From NCBI GenBank assembly GCA_965199855.1, contig OZ241326.1:2304001-2368000 (forward strand): a stretch of DNA of 64,000 nt, given 5' to 3'. The position numbers and the translations under genes are program-made. The notes under the pieces are model-generated. The model searched no databases. It saw nothing but the letters and a program-made list of their open reading frames with translations, and was not told where the DNA came from. This document shows positions 57,803 through 64,000 of the stretch, in pieces. The stretch's first letter is position 1, and each line of letters opens with the position of its first letter. Source of the stretch: a bacterium (lineage in GTDB: Bacteria; UBA8248).

Positions 57803-59494
57803 ATGACCGAGCGGAAAACGGCGTTGAACAAGTTCAGCCGCCGCGTCACCCAGCCGCCCTCGCAGGCCGCCTCCCAGGCCATGCTCTACGGCGCGGGGCT
57901 GGACGAGACGGACATGGGAAACCCCCAGGTCGGCATCGCCAGCATGTGGTGGGAGGGAAACTCCTGCAACTTCCACCTCAACCGGCTCGCCGAATACATC
58001 AAGCAGAGCGTGAGCGCCGAGAAGAAAATGGTCGGTCTCATCTTCAACACCATCGGCGTGAGCGACGGCATCTCGATGGGCACGGAGGGGATGCGGTATT
58101 CCCTGCAATCGCGGGACCTCATCGCCGATTCCATCGAAACCGTCGTCGGCGCGCAATGGTATGACGCCCTCGTCACGCTCCCGGGATGCGACAAGAACAT
58201 GCCCGGCTCCATCATCGCCATGGCGCGGCTCGACCGCCCCAGCCTGATGGTCTATGGCGGCACCATCAGCCCGGGATTCCTGAACGGCGAGAAGCTGGAC
58301 GTGGTCTCCGCCTTCCAGGCCTACGGCGAATACTTCTCCGGCAAAATCGACGAGGAGCGCTTCCGGTCGGTCATCCGCAACGCCTGCCCGAGCGGAGGCG
58401 CCTGCGGAGGCATGTATACGGCGAACACGATGTCCTCCTCCATCGAGACGCTGGGCATGAGCCTGCCCTACAGCTCCTCGAATCCCGCCATGAGCGAGGA
58501 GAAGCGCAGCGAGTGCCTCGACGTGGGCAAGGCCGTCTATCATCTGCTCGAAAACGACATCAAGCCCAGCGACATCATGACGCGAGAGGCGTTCGAGAAC
58601 GCGCTCACCATCGTCATGGCGCTCGGCGGCTCGACCAACGCCGTCCTGCACTACATCGCCATCGCCAAGGCGGTCGGGGTCGAACTCACGATTGACGATT
58701 TTCAGGAAATCAGCGACCGCACGCCCTACGTCGCGGACCTCAAGCCCAGCGGCAAGTTCGTCATGGAAGACCTCCACGACGCGGGCGGCGTTCCGGGCGT
58801 CCAGAAGATTCTCCTGAAGGAGGGGCTGCTCCACGGCGACTGCCTCACCGTCACGGGCGGAACGCTCGGCGAGAACATCGAGGCCCTGCCCGACCTGCGC
58901 GCCGGGCAGAAGATCATCGTTCCGCTTTCCTCTCCCATCAAGGAGACGGGGCACCTCCAGATTCTCTACGGAAACCTCGCCGGCGAGGGCGCCGTCGCCA
59001 AGATCACGGGGAAGGAGGGAGAGCGCTTCGAGGGGCCGGCGCGCTGCTTCGACTCCGAGGAGGACGCCCTCAAGGGGCTGGAGGAGAACAGAATTCAGAA
59101 AGGAGACGTCGTCATCATCCGCTACGAGGGCCCCAGAGGCGGCCCCGGAATGCGGGAGATGCTGACAGTGACCTCCGCCATCATGGGAGCCGGCCTCGGC
59201 GGCGACCTGGCGCTCATCACGGACGGAAGATTCTCGGGCGGGACGCACGGCTTCGTCGTCGGGCACGTCACGCCCGAGGCCCAGGCGGGCGGCCTCATCG
59301 CCCTCGTCGAAGACGGAGACCCCGTTCTGATCGACGCGAGCGAGCGCGTCATGGAGCTCCGAATACCCGATGAGGAAATCGAGAGGCGCCGGGAGCGTTG
59401 GCGCGCCCCCGCGCTCAAGTTCACCAGGGGCACGCTCTACAAATACGCCAAATGCGTCTCCTCGGCGTCCGAGGGGTGCGTGACGGACGAATAG
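57803..59494 (+). CDS. ilvD: Dihydroxy-acid dehydratase
   Basis: [35 protein letters not shown]. Confidence 0.95.
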   Translation: MTERKTALNKFSRRVTQPPSQAASQAMLYGAGLDETDMGNPQVGIASMWWEGNSCNFHLNRLAEYIKQSVSAEKKMVGLIFNTIGVSDGISMGTEGMRYSLQSRDLIADSIETVVGAQWYDALVTLPGCDKNMPGSIIAMARLDRPSLMVYGGTISPGFLNGEKLDVVSAFQAYGEYFSGKIDEERFRSVIRNACPSGGACGGMYTANTMSSSIETLGMSLPYSSSNPAMSEEKRSECLDVGKAVYHLLENDIKPSDIMTREAFENALTIVMALGGSTNAVLHYIAIAKAVGVELTIDDFQEISDRTPYVADLKPSGKFVMEDLHDAGGVPGVQKILLKEGLLHGDCLTVTGGTLGENIEALPDLRAGQKIIVPLSSPIKETGHLQILYGNLAGEGAVAKITGKEGERFEGPARCFDSEEDALKGLEENRIQKGDVVIIRYEGPRGGPGMREMLTVTSAIMGAGLGGDLALITDGRFSGGTHGFVVGHVTPEAQAGGLIALVEDGDPVLIDASERVMELRIPDEEIERRRERWRAPALKFTRGTLYKYAKCVSSASEGCVTDE

Positions 59495-59516
59495 GCTCCA
59501 AGCTTTCCGCCGGGCG

Positions 59517-59972
59517 TCATTCCCTGCTTCTTCGGGCGGCGTACGCCCCGAAATACGCGCCGATGGAAGATGCCTTCCAGTCGAGGCCCGCATCTTCGGC
59601 CTTTCGCAGCAGCTCCTCGCCGCTCATGCCGCTTTCCTCGGCCAGATGAACGAGCGAGCAAATCCCGGCCCGCCCCATGCCTTTTCAGTGGACGAACACC
59701 GGGCCCTCTTTTCTCGCCTGGGCGAGCGTCTCGTGAATCTTCGAGGCCAGCCCGTCGTTCATCGCATCGACGCCCACGGGAATATGGGCGAAGTTCATGC
59801 CCAGCTCCCGCGCCGCCGCCTCCTCCGCCTCCGGCGGGAGTTCGGCTTCTCCCTCGTCGGCCAGGCGAAGGTTGACCACCGTCCTGACTCCCCGCTTCGC
59901 CAGAGACGCCAAATCCTCCCTGTCCGGCTGGCCCCCGAACGCCAGGTTCTCAGCCAGGTCGAAATAGTTCAT
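59517..59972 (-). CDS. DUF442 / PTP-fold sulfur transferase, probable selenoprotein (Sec at codon 96)
   Basis: GGQP, TVVNLR..DE, HIPV, then GPVFVH-TGA-KGMGRAG with the frame open 55 more codons to 59517. Confidence 0.82.
59652..59675 (-). promoter_or_regulatory. Candidate bacterial SECIS element
   Basis: GGGCGGGC-CGGGAUUU-GCUCGCUC 8-bp stem (2 G-U) starting 9 nt 3' of the UGA. Confidence 0.6.
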
Positions 59973-60054
59973 GACGCTTTCCCTTCTCGATGATGGTCCG
60001 GGCCGCGTCGGCGGCTGGCCGGGCTGAAGGACGATTCAAGCCGAAGAAGCGACC

Positions 60055-60897
60055 TCATCCGCGCTGCGCCAGCTCCCGGCAGCGGAGCAGGCAGGTGGCC
60101 TTTTCATCCTCGCCGTCGCGCTTGTAGATTCCGATCAGGTTGTTGAGCATTCTCTCCACGATGCGCCGGGGCGGGGTTTCCTGCAAAAACCGCATGTCGA
60201 AATGATAGCCGAGTCCCCGCACGATGGCCGCGCAGTCCCCTACGCTCAGGCGCTTTCCCCGCTCGAAGGGATCCAGAAAGACGGGCTCCTCATCGGTCTG
60301 GTATTTTACGATGAAATGCCCCGGCATCCCGACCCCGTGAAACGGAAGCCCCAGCCGCGCGCCGAGAACCAGATACAGGGCGGAAAGCGATATGGGAATT
60401 CCCAGCCTGCGATTCAGCACGCGGTTGATGAAGCTGTTCCGCGCGTCGTAGTAATCCTCCCGCGCGCCGTCGAAGCGAAGCTCGCCGTGCAGATACTCCA
60501 CCACTTCGGCGACGACGGCCTCCGCCTCACGCAGACCCCGCAGACGCTCGCGCAAGTGATTCTCCATGCTCCGCAGTTCTTCCCTTTCCCTCTCCATGCT
60601 TTCGAGCGGATGGCCGAAGGCGGCCAGCAGAAAGCAGGCCTCCTCCAGACCCGCGTCCGCCGCCGAAGAGAGCGACCAATCCGCAAAGGCGGCTTCGATT
60701 TGCCCGTAATGAAAACGCAGGAGCGAGGGCGGCAGCGCCGCCTCGTTCGTCTCGCGCACTTTGAGCATCGAGAAGAGCCTGCGCCGCTCCTCGGCCGAGA
60801 AGCCGGAAACCTGGCGGTCCAAAGCCGTCGGCACGCCCGGCGATCCATCGTCGAGCAGGCGGCAGACGGCTTCGAGCTGGGAATCGCTCAACGACAA
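60055..60897 (-). CDS. Transglutaminase-like SirB1 family protein
   Basis: DYYDARNSFI, RLGIPISL, GMPGHF, DPF, RMLNNL; AAGGAGG RBS before TTG. Confidence 0.85.
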   Translation of the reverse strand: MSLSDSQLEAVCRLLDDGSPGVPTALDRQVSGFSAEERRRLFSMLKVRETNEAALPPSLLRFHYGQIEAAFADWSLSSAADAGLEEACFLLAAFGHPLESMEREREELRSMENHLRERLRGLREAEAVVAEVVEYLHGELRFDGAREDYYDARNSFINRVLNRRLGIPISLSALYLVLGARLGLPFHGVGMPGHFIVKYQTDEEPVFLDPFERGKRLSVGDCAAIVRGLGYHFDMRFLQETPPRRIVERMLNNLIGIYKRDGEDEKATCLLRCRELAQRG

Positions 60898-61002
60898 GTC
60901 GCCGTCCTCCTTTCGGGTGAGCCGCCCGTTCACGTCCCGGCTCCCCGAATATGGTATGATCATCCGCGCATCTTCACAATCGACGCCCATCGGGAGAAGC
61001 GT

Positions 61003-62628
61003 ATGGCGACGTATGCCGACGTTGTGGCGGAGGCTCTGCGGGACGCGGGGACCGAATTCATCTTCGGGGTTCCCGGAAGCCTGAGCTCCGTGGAGATCAT
61101 CGAAGCCGCCAGGAAGCGCGGCGTGCGCTACGTCCTTTGCAGCAACGAGAGCAGCGCGGCCGTGAAGGCGGGAACCTACGGAATCATGACGGGGCGGCCG
61201 GGGGTCGTGAGCACGGGGGTCGGGCCGGGGGCGGCGGCCGTTCTCCACGGCGTGGCGCACAACTTCCTCGAGCGCGCCCCCTGCCTCGTTCTGACGGATC
61301 GCTTCCCGGACGCGCAGTTTCGCCGCCAGGGCCGGCAAAGGCTGGAGCAGGATCGCCTGCTGCGCCCCATCACGAAGGGCACCTTCAAACTGGCGAAAGA
61401 CAACGCGGCCGCGGTCATCCGCCGCGCCCTGGCGCTGGCGGCGGAGGGGAGGCCGGGGCCCGTGCACGTGGACCTTCCCTACGACGTCATGCTGGCCGAC
61501 GCGGAGGAAGGCGATTTTCCGCCGAAGGAGAAGCCCCGGAAATACGTCGGCCGCGCGGGCTCCGCCCATCCGGGAATCGCCGCGGCCGCCGCCGCCGTCT
61601 CTGAGGCGGACAGGCCCATCGTAATAGCGGGCCTTCAGGTGAACCGCTCGGGACGGGAGGCGGAGAAGCAGTTCGTCCGCTTCGCCGAAAGGCTCGGGGC
61701 GCCCGTGCTCGCCGCGCCGTCGGCCAAGGGCGTCCTGCCGGAAAACCACCCCCTCGCCATGGGAACCTTCCGCGGCGCGCCTTCCGAGCGGGAGCTGATA
61801 GACAGGTCGGATCTCCTGATTCTCGTGGGCTTCGACACGGTGGAGGTGTTCGCCCCGGGCTGCTGGAACTATCCCCAGCGGGTGATCAACCTGGACGAGA
61901 CGCCGCACCTGGAAGACCTCATCCGCCCCGAGGTGGAGGTCGTCGCCCATCTCGCCGACGTCCTCGAACAACTCGCCGCCTCCGTCTCCTCCGCGCACGC
62001 CTGGAACACCGAGGAGATGGACTCCTACAAGAAAATGCGGCAGGCCGCGCTGTTTCCCGCCGGCGAGGGACTGATGCCCGGCGCGCTCATCCGCGTCGCC
62101 CGGGAATGCCTGCCCGACAACGGCATCATGACGACGGACGCGGGAAGCCACAAAGTCCTGGCCAACGACATCTGGGAGACGCGGCGTCCCCTGGGCTATC
62201 TCACCTCGAGCGGCCTGGGTTCGATGGCGGTCGCCATGCCGGCCGCCATCGCCGCCAAGATGGCGGAGCCGGACGCGCCCGTTCTCTGCCTCACGGGAGA
62301 CGGCGGCTTCCTCATGCGGATAGGCGACATGGAGGTCGCCGTTCGGGAAAACGTCCCCTTCGTGGTCGTGGTGTTCAACGACGGCTGCCTGAACCTGATC
62401 AAAATCAAGCAGGACGCCCGCTCCTTCCCCCGTCTGGGCACAGGCTTCCGCGATTCCGACTACGCCTCCGTGGCGAGGGGACTGGGATGCGAGGGAGAGA
62501 GGGTTTTTTCGGAGGAAGAGCTGGAAGACGCCCTCAAGCGGGCGTTCGCGTCGGAGAAGCCCTGGGTCATCGACGCCGTCATCAATCCCGACGGCTATGT
62601 CGCCTCGAAAGACGTTCGCGCCGAATAG
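61003..62628 (+). CDS. Thiamine pyrophosphate-binding enzyme (acetolactate synthase-like)
   Basis: FGVPG, GPG, PGPVHVDLP, GDGGFLM...FND TPP motif. Confidence 0.88.
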   Translation: MATYADVVAEALRDAGTEFIFGVPGSLSSVEIIEAARKRGVRYVLCSNESSAAVKAGTYGIMTGRPGVVSTGVGPGAAAVLHGVAHNFLERAPCLVLTDRFPDAQFRRQGRQRLEQDRLLRPITKGTFKLAKDNAAAVIRRALALAAEGRPGPVHVDLPYDVMLADAEEGDFPPKEKPRKYVGRAGSAHPGIAAAAAAVSEADRPIVIAGLQVNRSGREAEKQFVRFAERLGAPVLAAPSAKGVLPENHPLAMGTFRGAPSERELIDRSDLLILVGFDTVEVFAPGCWNYPQRVINLDETPHLEDLIRPEVEVVAHLADVLEQLAASVSSAHAWNTEEMDSYKKMRQAALFPAGEGLMPGALIRVARECLPDNGIMTTDAGSHKVLANDIWETRRPLGYLTSSGLGSMAVAMPAAIAAKMAEPDAPVLCLTGDGGFLMRIGDMEVAVRENVPFVVVVFNDGCLNLIKIKQDARSFPRLGTGFRDSDYASVARGLGCEGERVFSEEELEDALKRAFASEKPWVIDAVINPDGYVASKDVRAE

Positions 62629-62798
62629 CAAAAATAATATAACTTGACAAGATTTCCCCCAACGACGCACCCTGCGTCATATATCTCTTTTCAGGCGGAG
62701 GAATTCGCGTTTCCCCGCGAGTTGAACGTCCGGACAGGGAACGTCCGGGCGGCAATGTCCTCGACCCCTCGCAGGGGTCCCGCTCGGGAGGATGACAG

Positions 62799-63008
62799 GT
62801 GCCAGAGGGAACGGTGAAGTGGTTCAGCGACAAAAAGGGGTATGGCTTCATCTCTCGGGAGGATGGCGACGATATCTTCGTTCATTTCTCGGCCATCTCG
62901 TCGGAAGGCTTCAAATCCTTGAAAGAGGGGGAAAAGGTTACGTTCGAGGTGACGCAAGGCCCCAAGGGGCTTCAGGCGGCGAACGTAACGAAGCAGGAAG
63001 AATTCTGA
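62799..63008 (+). CDS. Cold-shock protein
   Basis: GTVKWF, KGYGFI, DIFVHFS, QAANV. Confidence 0.95.
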   Translation: MPEGTVKWFSDKKGYGFISREDGDDIFVHFSAISSEGFKSLKEGEKVTFEVTQGPKGLQAANVTKQEEF

Positions 63009-63216
63009 TTCCCCTTTCCCGTCATTGCGCTTTATCGGGAAAGGCGACGCATCCGCTCGAAGACGCACCCGCGCCGACTCCGCGGTCTCGTCTCCGCCTT
63101 GCGGCCCGGCGGAACGTTTGGAATCCGATCTCCGGCCGCGGCCCTGCGCGGGTCTCCCGCGTCCATTCAACGACCTCGCTCCGCGCTCCTCCTTCCCCCG
63201 CGGGGAAACCGGCGGC

Positions 63217-64000
63217 TCAAGGCTCCAGAAAACAGGCCATCGCCTCCTGCAGTTTTTCTCTCAGCGTCAGGGAGGGACGATAATCCACGTGCCGGAAATC
63301 GTCTTCGTCCATTTTCCGCAGGAGCGTCCCGTAGGTTCGCCCCATGATTCTGGCGGGAAGGAGGTTTTCCTTCCGTTCGCCGCGCAGCGCCGCGGCGGCG
63401 CGATCGTAATATGATCGCGCCCGGCGCGCCTGGAACCTGAGAAGGCCCACAACCCGCCCGGTATGCCTCTTGTCCTTCAGATCCGAGGCCGCTACGCCGT
63501 ATTCCTCCATCTCCTTTCGGGGAAGATAGACGCGCCCCCGCCCGGCGTCCTCCCAGACGTCCCGCAGGATATTCGTCATCTGGAGCGCCCTCCCCAGAGA
63601 TACGGCGTAATCCTTCGCGGACTCGGACGCCACCCCGAAGACGCCCAGACAGGCCAGCCCCACCGCCGAGGCCACCTTGTCGCAATAGGCTTCCAGTTCC
63701 CGGAAATCCTCGAATCTCCGCTCCTCGAGGTCCATCGCCACTCCGTCGCAAATCGCCTCGAAATGCTCCTGCGGCAAGTCGTATTTCCGCGCCGCCCGGG
63801 CGAGCTCCGCGATGATCGGGTGGGCCGGACTCTCATCTCCCAAACGCGCCGCGGCATCCCTCCATTCGCGCAGCAGGATTCTTTTTCCGGAAACCTCGCC
63901 CGGCTCGTCGGCGATGTCGTCGGCCATGCGGCAATAGGCGTAGATCGCGATGATGGCGCGCCTTTTCTCCGCCGGCAGGGTGAAAAAGGAGAGGTAGAAA
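63217..64000 (-). CDS. hpnD: Squalene/phytoene synthase family, HpnD-like, 5' partial
   Basis: FYLSF..LP, YAYCRMADDIAD, YCDKVASAVG, LQMTNILRDV.ED. Confidence 0.8.
   Translation of the reverse strand, partial: FYLSFFTLPAEKRRAIIAIYAYCRMADDIADEPGEVSGKRILLREWRDAAARLGDESPAHPIIAELARAARKYDLPQEHFEAICDGVAMDLEERRFEDFRELEAYCDKVASAVGLACLGVFGVASESAKDYAVSLGRALQMTNILRDVWEDAGRGRVYLPRKEMEEYGVAASDLKDKRHTGRVVGLLRFQARRARSYYDRAAAALRGERKENLLPARIMGRTYGTLLRKMDEDDFRHVDYRPSLTLREKLQEAMACFLEP

Overview
64-kb window of a high-GC bacterial chromosome using the standard genetic code (core genes such as gap and pgk end at TGA). It is mostly housekeeping and catabolic genes: tenA, tag, cvpA, rimI, gap-pgk-tpiA-secG, a peptide ABC transporter, tRNA-Leu(GAG), def, an SdhA/C/B-like + split class I fumarase + 2-hydroxyacid dehydrogenase operon, M16 peptidases, leuC/D-like, tandem acetamidases, cobB, ilvD, csp and a partial hpnD. 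A parS palindrome suggests the window is origin-proximal. Main things the ORF track misses: (1) two probable selenoprotein genes with an in-frame TGA at the catalytic Cys position and a SECIS-like hairpin just downstream, a DsbA/FrnE-like protein (CxxU, 47596-48255) and a DUF442/PTP-fold sulfur transferase (HUxxxxR, 59517-59972); (2) a defence hotspot at about 38.9-47.2 kb with a restriction endonuclease/methyltransferase pair, an uncharacterised three-gene module ending in a papain-like Cys/His protein, a HicA/DUF1902 toxin-antitoxin cassette between 22-bp direct repeats, a relic resembling a Type ISP R-M C-terminus, and an MmeI-like enzyme with a lower-GC specificity segment; (3) two distant AT-rich intergenic regions sharing helically phased motifs; (4) two single-base homopolymer frameshifts that are either pseudogenes or sequencing errors. 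All family calls come from motif recognition; no searches were run.
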